Origin: a virus
Taxonomy: Duplodnaviria; Heunggongvirae; Uroviricota; Caudoviricetes
Virus record (IMG/VR): IMGVR_UViG_2703718819_000006
Strand: one strand, 5' to 3'
Length of the DNA stretch: 64,000 bases
Below are positions 38,208 through 49,041 of the stretch, piece after piece. Each line of letters starts with the position of its first letter. Positions within the stretch are counted from its first letter, which is position 1. Position numbers and translations under genes: made by a program. A model generated the notes under the pieces. That model did not search any database. It was given only the letters and a program-made list of their open reading frames with translations, and was not told the DNA's origin.

Positions 38208-41200
38208 TCACGACTTAATAGTTTCTGCTACGTCGGCTAATATCGCTTCTAGTCGTTCTCCCTCTTCAGGTCTGAAGTAAAGAATGTTGGGGTTAAACCC
38301 GTAAAAGACAGTAACGTCAAGGTCTGGAAGATACTCCTTCCTGCCGACCAAATCGGATGGCTTGTTTTTGTTGTTAAACAATGAAGTTGCCCGGCTGCCA
38401 CACGTCAGCACATAGGTCGGACGCACCAGATTGATCTCTTCACGCATAAAGTCGGTGAACTGGCCGATCTCGTCTTTGGTGTAGTCCTTTTCTTTGTCTT
38501 TAACCTTCTTGCAAACGCCTGTGACATAGAGATCGCCCATGCGCAAATCCCCAGCCGTCAACAGCTTGGCCTTAAAATCGTCGTATCCGTTCTCCATAAA
38601 GTAACCGGTTCGAGCATCATTGCCGTTCGCATTGTCCAGAATGATCATGATTTTCGGCTTAATACCAATGCTGGGGCGGATTAGTTCATCACCTAAGCCC
38701 ATTTCAGCCGCCATCCGCGTCATGAGTACGTTAATCTCAGCCGAACGTTTGGGGTTCATCTCAAACGGACGTGAGGCTTTAACTGCGTCTATGACAAGGT
38801 TTCCCATCAATTCAGCCTGGTCGCGTAGGCGCTCTGGATCAGTTGCTGGCAGACTGCCTGGCTCGATGGATGCAAACGCCCCTACTTTTTGCAGCGATTC
38901 GCGCACTCGACTATTACAGGCACGTTTCTCGACAGCTTCTTCGAATTGCGCAAGTGACTCGAATTTGCCACCAACCTTTTCTCGCGCTCTCATGATGGCC
39001 TGGCAGCCATTCTCAGAACACCCCTTCACAGCAGAGAAGGGCGCATACAGCACCTGGCTGCCATCTTCAAGCGTGCGGATCTCAATTCGGTTAGATGACA
39101 CGTTAACGTCTGGTGGCAATACGCGAATACCATAGGTCAGCGCATCTTTAACCAGCCCCTGGTGTTTATCTTCGCCAAGAATAGTGAGAGCAGCAGCGAA
39201 AAACTCTGCGGGATAATGAGTTTTCAACCACATAGATTGATAGCTGATTAAGGAGTAAGCAACAGAGTGTGATTTGTTGAACTGGTAGGCACCATTCTTT
39301 TCGAATGCGGTCCATATCTCCTTCGCTTTCATCTCTGATAGCCCTGGATGTGACGCTGTAACGCGTACTGCGTTTATAGGTAGTTTTGCGCCGTACTCAA
39401 GTGCCTCTTCGACAGTTTTCAGAGTTCCGTCTTCGCATTTAAAATGTTCCGCACGGTGAATGCGCTGTGTAGTGCCATCTTCCAGCTCAACGTCTATCCA
39501 GCCAGCTTGAGCCTGAACGATGAACTTCTCGCCCATGCTCTTCATTTTTTCCATGTCTTTTTTGCCGATCGCTTTACGAACGCCGTCAGCTTCAGCCATT
39601 GTGAAGCCAGCAAGCAATCGAGTCGCGTTCATCGTCTGTTCCTGATAGAGAATCACGCCATTTGTTTCTGCGGTAAGTTCATCAAGAACGGGGTGTAATG
39701 ATTCCGGCGTCATAAAGCCTTTGGCTACAGAAACATAGTCATCCAACATGCCTGACTGAATTGGCCCCGGCCGGAAGAGCGCAGTCGTAGCAACAACCGT
39801 TTTAAAGCTCATTGGCTCAATTCCACCACCTAAATCTTTAAGCAGCTTGCGCATTGGGCCTGATTCAAGCTGGAAAACACCTTGAGTGTACCCAGCAGCA
39901 AAACCATCCAGCACCTTGCGATCTTCAAGAGAAATGGCATCAAGATTGATATCTTCACCTGTGTTCTCTTTTATGTAGCGTTTTGCACTATCGAGCAAAT
40001 CGAGAGTTGCCAGACCAAGTACGTCCAGCTTAATTAGGCCCATAGCCTCGCAGTAACGCTTGTCAAATGCGATACAACGCGCGTCACCACGGCGTTCAAC
40101 CGGTGTACGTTCTGTCAGAGGAACACCTGCTACGATCATCCCTGCCGCATGTCTACCAAAGCCACGCATAAGACTTTGTAACTTGCAGGCAGCATTGAAT
40201 GCATCAGGGTATTTTGTCGCGTATTTGTCGAGACTTGCCAGTTGTTCGCGCAGCTCCTCCAATGGAAGGCTATCATCCTCGACGTTCTTCAGCTCTTTTG
40301 ATACCGCCATATCTGCGGACTCCACACCATAAATACGAGCGGTATCACGTAGTGCAGAGGCTGCGCCCAGGTAGGTGAAGTTCGGAATGCCTGCAACGTA
40401 ATCTTCGCCGTAGCGTTCATTCAGATACTCGATCACCTCATGGCGACGTGCCTGGCTGAAGTCCAAGTCCGCATCCGGCAAGTCGAGACGCTCAGGGTTG
40501 ATGAAACGCTCAAACAGAAGACCGTGACGGATTGGGTCGACGTTGGTTATGCCTATGCACCACGCCACCAGAGAACCGGCAGAGGAACCACGACCAGGCC
40601 CGACAGGAATGCCAGTTTCACGACTGTGATTCATCAGATCGCGTACCATCAGGAAGTAACCACAAAATCCCAGGCGAGTCAGCGTGTCCATTTCGTACTT
40701 TAGCCGCTCAACATAAACCCTGTTCTCAGAAGCAGGTGGTGTGTAGCCAAACTCTTTTGTGGTAAGACGTTTACGCAGCCCTGCAACAGCCAGTTTCATC
40801 AGCGTTGCAGGTTCGTCGTCTGCCATCTTGGGCAGTGCTGGTGGCAATTCATGCCAGCGCCATGTGCAGGCATCGATAATGGAGTCCTGCGTTGTTGAGG
40901 CCATTGCAGCTGTTACCGGCACATCCATGCGAACGGAGAAGGCTTTAAGCGCCTCAAGGAGATGGCGACGACCATTGATGGCGTTATCTCGCTGGTGGGG
41001 GATACGCAGACGATGCGGCTGGTCGATTTTTATGTTGTTCGTAACCATGTGCGCAATGTCTTTAATGTCTGCATCGTCGATCGATTCGTAATAAGCGGGA
41101 TAGAACGCCACTGGCTCTATTTTCAATGCGCTGGCGACTTTCATCGCCCGGACGTTAATCTGGTCGTAGAATGGGGTAGGGTGCGGATAAACCACACTAT

Positions 41201-41726
41201 AGAAGTTGTCTTTTCCACCCGCTGTAATCAGTGAGCTTATGATTTTTGCAAAATCGTTGCGTTGGAACACGCTACCGATGTCGGAAGTGAGCAGGATGAT
41301 GTTGCCTTTGGCATATGTAGAAACCAACTGTTCGAGCGAGAGACGCGGTACAAAGTAGAACTGTTCTCGTGTGTTGGCCACCGTCATTAGTTCGCAGATG
41401 TCGCGATATCCTTGCTCATTTTTAATTAGAGCGGTAAACGAGTAGTTACGTCCTCGCTCTAATGATTCCATACATCCCTTAGACTCTTTAGCAATTTTAG
41501 CCCGGTACTCGTATGTGGGATCATCAACGATATTTAGTTTCACACCACAAATAACCGCCATGTCGTCACCAGCGGCACGTTGTAGTGGAATAACGCTCGC
41601 AATATTCATGCTATCTGCTGAAATTACAGCGGTGTAGCCAGCTTCTCTGGCAATCTTCACCGCGTTTTCTGCTTTTAGAGCCGACTCCCCAAGTGAGAAG
41701 TCAGTTCGAACCATCAGTGCCTTCAT
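38208..41726 (-). CDS. dnaE: DNA polymerase III alpha subunit-like replicative polymerase (DnaE family, N-terminal PHP domain)
   Basis: 1172 aa; PHP-like N-terminus, GIPVGPGRGSAAGSLVAWC and DIDLDF-type palm motifs. Confidence 0.9.
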   Translation of the reverse strand: MKALMVRTDFSLGESALKAENAVKIAREAGYTAVISADSMNIASVIPLQRAAGDDMAVICGVKLNIVDDPTYEYRAKIAKESKGCMESLERGRNYSFTALIKNEQGYRDICELMTVANTREQFYFVPRLSLEQLVSTYAKGNIILLTSDIGSVFQRNDFAKIISSLITAGGKDNFYSVVYPHPTPFYDQINVRAMKVASALKIEPVAFYPAYYESIDDADIKDIAHMVTNNIKIDQPHRLRIPHQRDNAINGRRHLLEALKAFSVRMDVPVTAAMASTTQDSIIDACTWRWHELPPALPKMADDEPATLMKLAVAGLRKRLTTKEFGYTPPASENRVYVERLKYEMDTLTRLGFCGYFLMVRDLMNHSRETGIPVGPGRGSSAGSLVAWCIGITNVDPIRHGLLFERFINPERLDLPDADLDFSQARRHEVIEYLNERYGEDYVAGIPNFTYLGAASALRDTARIYGVESADMAVSKELKNVEDDSLPLEELREQLASLDKYATKYPDAFNAACKLQSLMRGFGRHAAGMIVAGVPLTERTPVERRGDARCIAFDKRYCEAMGLIKLDVLGLATLDLLDSAKRYIKENTGEDINLDAISLEDRKVLDGFAAGYTQGVFQLESGPMRKLLKDLGGGIEPMSFKTVVATTALFRPGPIQSGMLDDYVSVAKGFMTPESLHPVLDELTAETNGVILYQEQTMNATRLLAGFTMAEADGVRKAIGKKDMEKMKSMGEKFIVQAQAGWIDVELEDGTTQRIHRAEHFKCEDGTLKTVEEALEYGAKLPINAVRVTASHPGLSEMKAKEIWTAFEKNGAYQFNKSHSVAYSLISYQSMWLKTHYPAEFFAAALTILGEDKHQGLVKDALTYGIRVLPPDVNVSSNRIEIRTLEDGSQVLYAPFSAVKGCSENGCQAIMRAREKVGGKFESLAQFEEAVEKRACNSRVRESLQKVGAFASIEPGSLPATDPERLRDQAELMGNLVIDAVKASRPFEMNPKRSAEINVLMTRMAAEMGLGDELIRPSIGIKPKIMIILDNANGNDARTGYFMENGYDDFKAKLLTAGDLRMGDLYVTGVCKKVKDKEKDYTKDEIGQFTDFMREEINLVRPTYVLTCGSRATSLFNNKNKPSDLVGRKEYLPDLDVTVFYGFNPNILYFRPEEGERLEAILADVAETIKS

Positions 41727-41904
41727 GTGTTTTTACCTTTCTGGTTTTTTTGATTTTGTCATTGGGGAAGCCTACGAACTTCCCATGCATCGAAATCGCA
41801 ACTTCTTTTGCTGATTGGTGACAATCGGGCTTGTCTGGACACACCAGACAAGCCTTACCAGTTTCAGAAGCAGCGATAAGAGAGCCGAAACATCCTTTAC
41901 GCAC
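41701..41904 (-). CDS. small Cys-rich ORF filling CobS-Pol spacer (GTG start, no clear RBS)
   Basis: ORF track only. Confidence 0.2.
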   Translation of the reverse strand: MRKGCFGSLIAASETGKACLVCPDKPDCHQSAKEVAISMHGKFVGFPNDKIKKTRKVKTHEGTDGSN

Positions 41905-41906
41905 GA

Positions 41907-43142
41907 TTAACCAAATATTTTTTGAACAACTTCACGAGCCGCTTGTGCAGAAGCTGAAGGGAGTTTGTTAATGAAAGAACGCTCAATACCTGTCACAAAG
42001 TCGCCTCGCATCATTCCAATCTTGGCCGACAACAAAAGTTCACGAGGGCCAATTGGCTGACTAATAAGGTGTTCTTCGTATCCATCGCGAACGATACCGG
42101 CAAACTTAACCATCTTTTCAGCGTATTCATCCACGATGCCTGCATTTATCAACATGTTGATCTCTGCGTCTTTGCTCATGTATTTCACATTCGAAACGAT
42201 GCCAAAACGCGAAAAGTTCGCGGCGTTCTGGATGTTTGTACCCTGGTACAAGCCGGTTTCATCACCAGATCCGTTCGTGTTGCCAGTGCCAATGAAAGCA
42301 AACCGTTCATGCGGAGTAATGCGACGCCATTCTGGAGTCGCCTCTTTGATGACCAACGCTTCACCTTCCAGCACTGGCTGATACACGCCAAGAATCTGTG
42401 GAAACGCAAAGTCGTATTCATCCGCGAGGTAAACCCAGCCATGCTTCATTGCGAGCGCAAGCAAGCCAGGCTCGAAATACGTAGAGCCATCACGCGCCAG
42501 AATTTGCCCCGTAACATGTGCCTCTTCCATTGATGCTGTATGTTGGGCACGGATCAACGGACGATTGAGCAAAGCACATAGCTGTGTAGGCAATGACGAT
42601 TTGCCTGTTCCTGCATGACCCCACAAATAGCCAGGTATGCCAAGTTCAAGCATCATGAAAATGTCTTTGATCAGTTCGAAGTCGCCATATACGTATCCCT
42701 TCTTCACTTCTGGAACGAACTCTGGAAACGGCGTATTGACGTTGACGCTAACCATGAGCGGCGTCCCACGTTTTGTTCCGAGTTCTTTCACCGTTACATT
42801 TAGCAGTTCGTGAGCTGCGACCAGATCTGTCTTGTACTCAACTGTGCCTGTGTAGCCTGGGCTACTGGTCACGCCAGATGATTTGGCCATTTCGCTTTTT
42901 TGCTCGGCACGTTTAGCTTGAATTGCATCAAGTGCCTTTTTCGATAGCGTTGGCTCATCTGGAAACTGTGTTGTGTACATTTTCAGTACGGTGTCAGGAT
43001 CGGCATCTTTTACTGACTCAGGAATGCCCTCGCAATTACCATTGGCTACATGGGACTTAAAATAGTGAAATGATTTTCCGCACCACTTGCAAACAAGGTA
43101 ATCAGAAGGATTTTTTTCATTTTGCAGTGCAGTAGTAGTCAT
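41907..43142 (-). CDS. CobS-like AAA+ ATPase (MoxR family)
   Basis: Walker A GHAGTGKSSL, AAA+ core; paired with vWA protein. Confidence 0.7.
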   Translation of the reverse strand: MTTTALQNEKNPSDYLVCKWCGKSFHYFKSHVANGNCEGIPESVKDADPDTVLKMYTTQFPDEPTLSKKALDAIQAKRAEQKSEMAKSSGVTSSPGYTGTVEYKTDLVAAHELLNVTVKELGTKRGTPLMVSVNVNTPFPEFVPEVKKGYVYGDFELIKDIFMMLELGIPGYLWGHAGTGKSSLPTQLCALLNRPLIRAQHTASMEEAHVTGQILARDGSTYFEPGLLALAMKHGWVYLADEYDFAFPQILGVYQPVLEGEALVIKEATPEWRRITPHERFAFIGTGNTNGSGDETGLYQGTNIQNAANFSRFGIVSNVKYMSKDAEINMLINAGIVDEYAEKMVKFAGIVRDGYEEHLISQPIGPRELLLSAKIGMMRGDFVTGIERSFINKLPSASAQAAREVVQKIFG

Positions 43143-43237
43143 GCGTTTTTCCTTTGTTTTCTAATGAGCGTTCAACTTCTTATATAAATATATCATTAAC
43201 TATCGTAAGTGGTTACTTATCATTAAGGCTGTTTTAT

Positions 43238-45346
43238 TCACTTCAAAATGATACGAGATAGTTCAGTAACTACAGATGAACCAAGACTATCAACGCTCGT
43301 TACCAGGGCATGATTTGAGTAAAATCTCTCCGGTGCGTCAGTCATGATGCCAATTGCCATCAAATCAATGTCAGTCTGCGTTTCAATTTGCTTCGCAACC
43401 GAACGCAAATGAGCGTCAAAACCTCTCCCAACAGCCAACGGCGCGCCATCACTCAGAACAAGCATGATCTTCCTGTCCTCCATGCGACCGGAAAATAACG
43501 ATGCAAGGCTGGCTATGCTTTCACCATCCACGTTATTAAGAAGTGGGAATGTGTAGCCTACGCACCCCATACGTGAGCGAACTTCGCGAGAATTTACCTT
43601 TTCATTCCAATTTTTGATGATAGGTAGCATTAAAGATTCAAAGCGAGAGAACTCATACTTGACAGCCTTAAGTTCTCCTGCCGCCATATGACTACCAAAT
43701 GTAGTGAAGCCGGTGATAATGTTGGGAACATTTATTCGATCAAGGGCATCGGCGATGGTATATGCACTTGCAAGAGCCAATTGTATCGTTATACCACTCA
43801 TTGAACCTGATAAATCAATCACTTGTTGAACACAGGCGTTAACGGCTTTAGATTCTTCTTTTTTACGAAACACGCGATCATCATTCATTGCTAATCTGTA
43901 GATACTAGAACCATGAATGCGCCCCCGACGCTGGCCCGGTATAAACTGAACTCTGTTTCTGCTTGCTATTGCTCGCTCCAGATCTTTTGCCAGCGTCGAC
44001 GAAACACCTGACGAAAGATGCTTTTCAATATATTTGTCGAAGAGCTGGTTGCCTTCAGGAACGATGCGATAGCGGCTGATTGGATATCCTCCTAAATCAA
44101 TATCGGAGAATGTTTTAATAAGCCGTTTGATATGGGCTTCTGCCTGATCAATCGAGCCGATGAAGTCGTATGAGCGATTGTATGGTCTGTATTCGCTTTT
44201 CGAGCTTTCTGTTAACTCGCTTTTAATCGTTTCGGATAGCGCATCTTCTGTCATGCCTCCGACTTCATCTTCCATGCTATCCAACTCCTCTAAAGCCTCT
44301 TCCAGACTCATTTTTGACGGAGTTGGAATGTCTGAAGAGCCGTCTTCTGTCGATTTTCTTTTTTCGTGGTCAGTGGTAAATGATTCTGACGCCGCGTTAT
44401 CAGAAGCACCAGAATCTGATACCTCTTTATCATTTTCTGTATCATCGAATATTGTTTCTGATGATTCAGAATTATCTGAATCATCACTGTCGTTATTATC
44501 ATGTTTGTGCTTACTGTGTGATTCTGATTTGATAGATTTGTGATTATCTACCGCTGAGGGTGTCTCATGATCTTCGTTGTCTTCATTGTTTTCTCCAGAG
44601 GCATCCGTCTGGTCAGCGTCTGAAGGATCGGAAGTTTTTCCCGGAGCTGACTCCTTACCTTTGCTTTCACTTTCAGTGTCTTTGAGGATCTTAGCTATGG
44701 TCGCAGCCACCTTTACACAATCCTCGGTGCAAGACATGTTACGCACGGCCACATCGATACCATGTTCTTTTAATAATGAAATTGGTTTCTCAATGACAGG
44801 CCAATATTCATCCATGAAATCTACGAACGGTGCTTGGCCATCCCAGGCTCTTACAACCGGACAGAGAAAGAAGTTTAGAAAAAGCGCGCGCTGATCTTTG
44901 CCACAATAAGCAATAGCCTCTGAAGCCTTTGGTTTAAAGACTTTTTCGATTATAAGGCGCTGAGTTGCCATCAGATTACGTCTTGTTCCGTTAAAGACCT
45001 GACCCATTTTTCGCTCGATGAACACGTCTTCTAAGGCATTCCATAGCGACCAGGAAGGAACGCGTCCCTTTTCTCTCATTTTGTTGGACACACGAATATC
45101 GGTAAACAAAATGTGAGCAACCTCATGATCGAGAAATCCGCGCACAGCATTCATCAATGCCGGTGTTGCGTTATCCGGGATTGATGGGATGTTTACGAGA
45201 ATTGGCTCTCCATCATCGTTATAGCGTACATAAGCGTCGTCCCCTCGTTCTGCAACAGGGATGTTTTTACCTGAAAGGAGAGCGACTACTCGTTTTACAC
45301 TGTCACGGAAGTCCTGAACCTCTTTGATGGAACGTTTTTTAGACAT
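43238..45346 (-). CDS. CobT-like protein with acidic linker and C-terminal von Willebrand A domain
   Basis: Long D/E/S-rich segment; MIDAS motif DLSGSMSG. Confidence 0.65.
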   Translation of the reverse strand: MSKKRSIKEVQDFRDSVKRVVALLSGKNIPVAERGDDAYVRYNDDGEPILVNIPSIPDNATPALMNAVRGFLDHEVAHILFTDIRVSNKMREKGRVPSWSLWNALEDVFIERKMGQVFNGTRRNLMATQRLIIEKVFKPKASEAIAYCGKDQRALFLNFFLCPVVRAWDGQAPFVDFMDEYWPVIEKPISLLKEHGIDVAVRNMSCTEDCVKVAATIAKILKDTESESKGKESAPGKTSDPSDADQTDASGENNEDNEDHETPSAVDNHKSIKSESHSKHKHDNNDSDDSDNSESSETIFDDTENDKEVSDSGASDNAASESFTTDHEKRKSTEDGSSDIPTPSKMSLEEALEELDSMEDEVGGMTEDALSETIKSELTESSKSEYRPYNRSYDFIGSIDQAEAHIKRLIKTFSDIDLGGYPISRYRIVPEGNQLFDKYIEKHLSSGVSSTLAKDLERAIASRNRVQFIPGQRRGRIHGSSIYRLAMNDDRVFRKKEESKAVNACVQQVIDLSGSMSGITIQLALASAYTIADALDRINVPNIITGFTTFGSHMAAGELKAVKYEFSRFESLMLPIIKNWNEKVNSREVRSRMGCVGYTFPLLNNVDGESIASLASLFSGRMEDRKIMLVLSDGAPLAVGRGFDAHLRSVAKQIETQTDIDLMAIGIMTDAPERFYSNHALVTSVDSLGSSVVTELSRIILK

Positions 45347-45444
45347 GGCTAATCCTTTGTTATGAAAACAAATTATTTACTAGTGTGTTTAATGTAGCAC
45401 TGCGCGAACAGGGAACTAAGCCATTCGCGCAGGGAGAAGAGGGG

Positions 45445-45657
45445 TTAACAGATTCTGACGGCTAAAGACCCGGAGCCGATATTGAGAAGCGTGAAGCGTT
45501 TGTTGTTAAGTTCGAATATAAAGCCAGTTGTGTCATTCACACCAATCTGAATCTGCTCATTCGGTAGATCGGTGAGGATGTCAGCTACACACTCATCAGC
45601 TAATTTCTGTACGTGTCCGATCTCAAGAGCGATTAGGCTGGAAATAGTGGTGTTCAT
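45445..45657 (-). CDS. hypothetical protein
   Basis: ORF track. Confidence 0.4.
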   Translation of the reverse strand: MNTTISSLIALEIGHVQKLADECVADILTDLPNEQIQIGVNDTTGFIFELNNKRFTLLNIGSGSLAVRIC

Positions 45658-45908
45658 TCAATCAATCCATTCTAACTTATACTATGGTAAGGAATACTAC
45701 TAAAATTTATATCAATACTGAATACATTCATATCATATGCAAGTTAATTTTCTTACCTGTTTTGGGCTAATTTTTCTCCGTGCAATGGCCTTTAACCGGT
45801 CTTTTAAGTGCCTATCGAAAAAAATGATAATAGCTTTACAACCCTAACCTTTGATGTAATATCGGTAAGCACTTACCAGAGAGAATTGAACGCGCAAAGG
45901 TTGTAACC

Positions 45909-46295
45909 ATGTCTGATAACAAGATTGAATTTATAGAAAGTCGCTATGCTGCTTTTATCGCAGGGCTGATTGAATCCTCACCTATGAGTCAGGCCCAAAT
46001 AGCCAGACTTATTGGTTATAAAAATGCCAACAACCTTTCTTTAATTAAAAGTGGCAAAATTCCTTTGCCTATCGATAAGGTTCGTCCGTTGGCGCTGGCG
46101 CTGGGTATTGAGCCAAGTCGTCTTATGATGATGGTGCTGGAAGAACGCCAACCTGAACTCGCAGCATTTTTATACAAAGAAGGCACCGCTCCTCTTAACG
46201 AGGACGAAAAACAGGTTCTTGCTGCATATAACGAGCGATTCGGTAAAGAGAAAGGCGCATCACAAAAGGTTGTTGAGGCTATAAAGTCTCTATGA
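45909..46295 (+). CDS. helix-turn-helix (XRE-like) transcriptional regulator
   Basis: HTH segment SQAQIARLIGYKNANNLSLIKSG; convergent with recombinase gene. Confidence 0.6.
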   Translation: MSDNKIEFIESRYAAFIAGLIESSPMSQAQIARLIGYKNANNLSLIKSGKIPLPIDKVRPLALALGIEPSRLMMMVLEERQPELAAFLYKEGTAPLNEDEKQVLAAYNERFGKEKGASQKVVEAIKSL

Positions 46296-47393
46296 AAAAT
46301 TTACACGAATAAGCTCTGTTGATAGACGATCTCCCTTGAATTTGTGGTCAATTTCGTCTAAATCCGGTTGCTCTACGATTGATGCGATGTACGTCGAGAA
46401 ACTTTCTAAGGCGTCTCGCATCTCGTCCATATAATCGTGCCGGTCGTAGACTCGATCTATCCCCTCAAGACTGTGGTTCATGATTTTGCGTGATACCTCC
46501 TGGCTTATGCCTAATGCTGGGAAGTAACTACGCGCAGTACGGCGCAAGTCTCGGGGTGTAAATGGCTCAAGCTCCATCAGTTCTGGTCGTTCCAGAATAC
46601 GACGTAATGCCTGGGCTATTGCCACTTTAGACATAGGAAGGTCTTTCCCGATTTTTTTATTCGAAGGCACGAGCCACTGGCTGCCTTTACCGTATTCGAA
46701 CAACTCTTCAATACATGTGCGCATTAATGTGCTTAAAGGCAGCGAATGCTCACGGGCAGATTTGTTCCTCTTGCCTTGATTCCAAACCCCATGCTTAAGA
46801 TTGAACTCACTTTTTTTAGCCCGCAGTACTTCGTCAGGTCGTCTTGCGGATACAAGACACAGCCTGGCCGCCCATTTTGTACCAGCGCACACATTGAAGT
46901 AGTCCCATATATTCCAGAACACCCATACCTCTGCGTCGGTCAGCTTCCGCTCGCGAGGTGTTGGCTTTGCGCCACCGGCAACTTTGTTAAGTGACATATC
47001 GTTTAACGGTGACACGTCTATCATCCCCTGGAAGGCGCACCAGCTAAGGAACTGCTTCATCAGAGAGAAAACGCGGCGGCCCATAACAATTTTGCCATCC
47101 AGTATTAGTGGGTTGACCAGTTGGTTCACCATGAACCTATTAATGTCACTTACTTTTACATCGGCAATGTGCGGCAAAACATGTATCAAAATACAATGAA
47201 CAGCGATCTCTGGCCGACGTCTTGTTATCAGCAAAGATAAGCGAGTGAATAACATGAATGCGTCCGAGAATCTCATGTCATTGCTGACCTGGGAGATCAT
47301 AACGGCCTGCATTTGAGATGCTCTTTCGAGATACTCAATCGCCTCTTTTGAGGTGTTCTCCGCAGCGCGTGCTCTGTCAAAGCTATTTTTCAT
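46290..47393 (-). CDS. tyrosine site-specific recombinase / integrase
   Basis: C-terminal R..HxxR..Y catalytic pattern (TPRDLRRTARSYF, HSLEGIDRVYDRHDY). Confidence 0.75.
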   Translation of the reverse strand: MKNSFDRARAAENTSKEAIEYLERASQMQAVMISQVSNDMRFSDAFMLFTRLSLLITRRRPEIAVHCILIHVLPHIADVKVSDINRFMVNQLVNPLILDGKIVMGRRVFSLMKQFLSWCAFQGMIDVSPLNDMSLNKVAGGAKPTPRERKLTDAEVWVFWNIWDYFNVCAGTKWAARLCLVSARRPDEVLRAKKSEFNLKHGVWNQGKRNKSAREHSLPLSTLMRTCIEELFEYGKGSQWLVPSNKKIGKDLPMSKVAIAQALRRILERPELMELEPFTPRDLRRTARSYFPALGISQEVSRKIMNHSLEGIDRVYDRHDYMDEMRDALESFSTYIASIVEQPDLDEIDHKFKGDRLSTELIRVNFS

Positions 47394-47491
47394 ATGACAA
47401 TCACCGAGTTACGCCGATGCACTGTATAAGTAAACAGTATATTAGGCATAGATTCTTATAGGATCAAGAGTCAAAGTAACTCATTTTTAGT

Positions 47492-47524
47492 AATGATTCC
47501 ATACATAGTAGGTATGGAATCATT
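47492..47524. promoter_or_regulatory. lox/dif-like recombination site candidate: 13-bp inverted repeats with 7-bp spacer
   Basis: aatgattccatac atagtag gtatggaatcatt, ~100 bp upstream of recombinase gene. Confidence 0.5.
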
Positions 47525-47712
47525 TTAGGTCTAAAATTTAAATCTGTAATATCTATAGAGAGGAATTGCACGAAAACCGATAACCCTTTATAGCGAGGAT
47601 TATTGGTTTATTTTTGTTATGGCGTCGTTGTTCCGCCGGGATTATCAAGTTCGATTTTGAGATTTTGATCAGAGCGTTGGCCCTGTGGGACACTGAAGCT
47701 ATTACTTTTGGA

Positions 47713-48129
47713 TCAGGAGGCGTGAAACTTTTCTGCAACGTCTGAAAAAAACTTTAGCAACCTAGTATCTCTAGCAGACATGCGATCGTGAGCTGGAGTG
47801 ACTAAACCCATCAGCAAATAACGGCCGCTCTCCCACATATGCTCGGTATAGATGAGATAGTGATCTGAGGTTCGATTGTAGTTTTCTTGCCTTGCAGTCC
47901 AAGTTAACTGGTAATGCAAATTTACATGAATATGTTGGACGTTAGCGTCAACGGCAAACGGAGGAAAGTCGAATGGCGCATCCCTACCGAGAAGGTTGGA
48001 CGGCTTACCCGTGGATTTGTAGGTAATGAACTCAGTTTTGAGCTGACTTTCCAGATCAGGATAAACGACAAACGTGGGTTGAAAAAAATCAACCCACGTA
48101 TCTTGACTGTATTCAGCCGTCAATGCCAT
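47713..48129 (-). CDS. hypothetical protein; possible YafO-family toxin-like (weak, from memory)
   Basis: Motifs GRDAPFD, HIHV, RTSDHYLIY, YLLMGLVTPAHD; overlaps upstream gene by 10 nt. Confidence 0.3.
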   Translation of the reverse strand: MALTAEYSQDTWVDFFQPTFVVYPDLESQLKTEFITYKSTGKPSNLLGRDAPFDFPPFAVDANVQHIHVNLHYQLTWTARQENYNRTSDHYLIYTEHMWESGRYLLMGLVTPAHDRMSARDTRLLKFFSDVAEKFHAS

Positions 48130-48668
48130 TTAGCCGCAGCCTTGTTGCCAGTCATCAATAGATGGTTCATGGCAGAAAGGTTCACGCCAGACTCACGCAC
48201 ACAAGAGGTGCGAGTAATCTGATCAATCAGATTTAGATAATTTTTGGCGGCAATACTGACCATTTTAATAGCTTTAAAGAAGGCAAACTCTACAGCGTTT
48301 TTGTCGTAAGACAAAATGACGTCTTTTTCAGGTAACATCAAAACGAAAGATTCTGCGATACCGGCTACATGAATAGTTTGATTCTTAATTTCTTCCGCTA
48401 CATTGATAGCAGCAAAGAAGTCAGTATCAGCATAACGAGCAAGTTCAGCGCGGCTTGCGCGAAGTTCTGTCGCTAGCTCATTAAGGGCTGCTGTAAGATC
48501 ACTGATGTCGGTTTTATTGACTCTAGCGCCCATCTCATAAACCCGCTCTACAATAGTAGGCTGACACGCAACCGCTTTTGGTTGCGGCTGGATACTGGCA
48601 AGAACCAGTGCCACTGCTGCCTGTAAATGCTGGATTTTAAATTTCACGATAGACTCCATTGTCGTCAT
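48120..48668 (-). CDS. hypothetical protein (upstream partner of 47713..48129)
   Basis: ORF track. Confidence 0.45.
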   Translation of the reverse strand: MTTMESIVKFKIQHLQAAVALVLASIQPQPKAVACQPTIVERVYEMGARVNKTDISDLTAALNELATELRASRAELARYADTDFFAAINVAEEIKNQTIHVAGIAESFVLMLPEKDVILSYDKNAVEFAFFKAIKMVSIAAKNYLNLIDQITRTSCVRESGVNLSAMNHLLMTGNKAAAKWH

Positions 48669-48795
48669 TTCTCGACGAGGCGTAGCATTCTACTACTGAA
48701 TCTAACTATAAGCTAAAAAAACTTGGTTGCATATGCGACTTAGACTGCAAAACACGAAATGAAAAATTAAAGGCCGCTTTCACGGCCCTTTAAAG

Positions 48796-49041
48796 TCAAA
48801 GTGTGCTGACATGTGCTGCCAGTTCTGTGTATCCGCCAATCGGTTGACCATCGATCAGCACTTGGGGGATAGTCTCTACCGGTTTACCAACAATTTCACT
48901 TAGTTTTTTCTTGTCGATACCGGCAGTGGTGATGTCTATGTACTCATAATCACCGTAGCCATGTCCCTTTAGTTGCTTCGCCAGCTCGACCGCACGTTTG
49001 CAGTATGAGCAGTTATCTCGTCCGTAGATAGTGATCGTCAT
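48796..49041 (-). CDS. glutaredoxin-like protein
   Basis: CSYC active site in thioredoxin-fold context. Confidence 0.75.
   Translation of the reverse strand: MTITIYGRDNCSYCKRAVELAKQLKGHGYGDYEYIDITTAGIDKKKLSEIVGKPVETIPQVLIDGQPIGGYTELAAHVSTL

Noticed and set aside
38620-41234. Plus-strand ORFs antisense to the polymerase gene (for example 38620..39135, 40759..41091)
   Set aside because: Ala/Ser/Arg-rich antisense artefacts inside a well-supported 1172-aa polymerase gene
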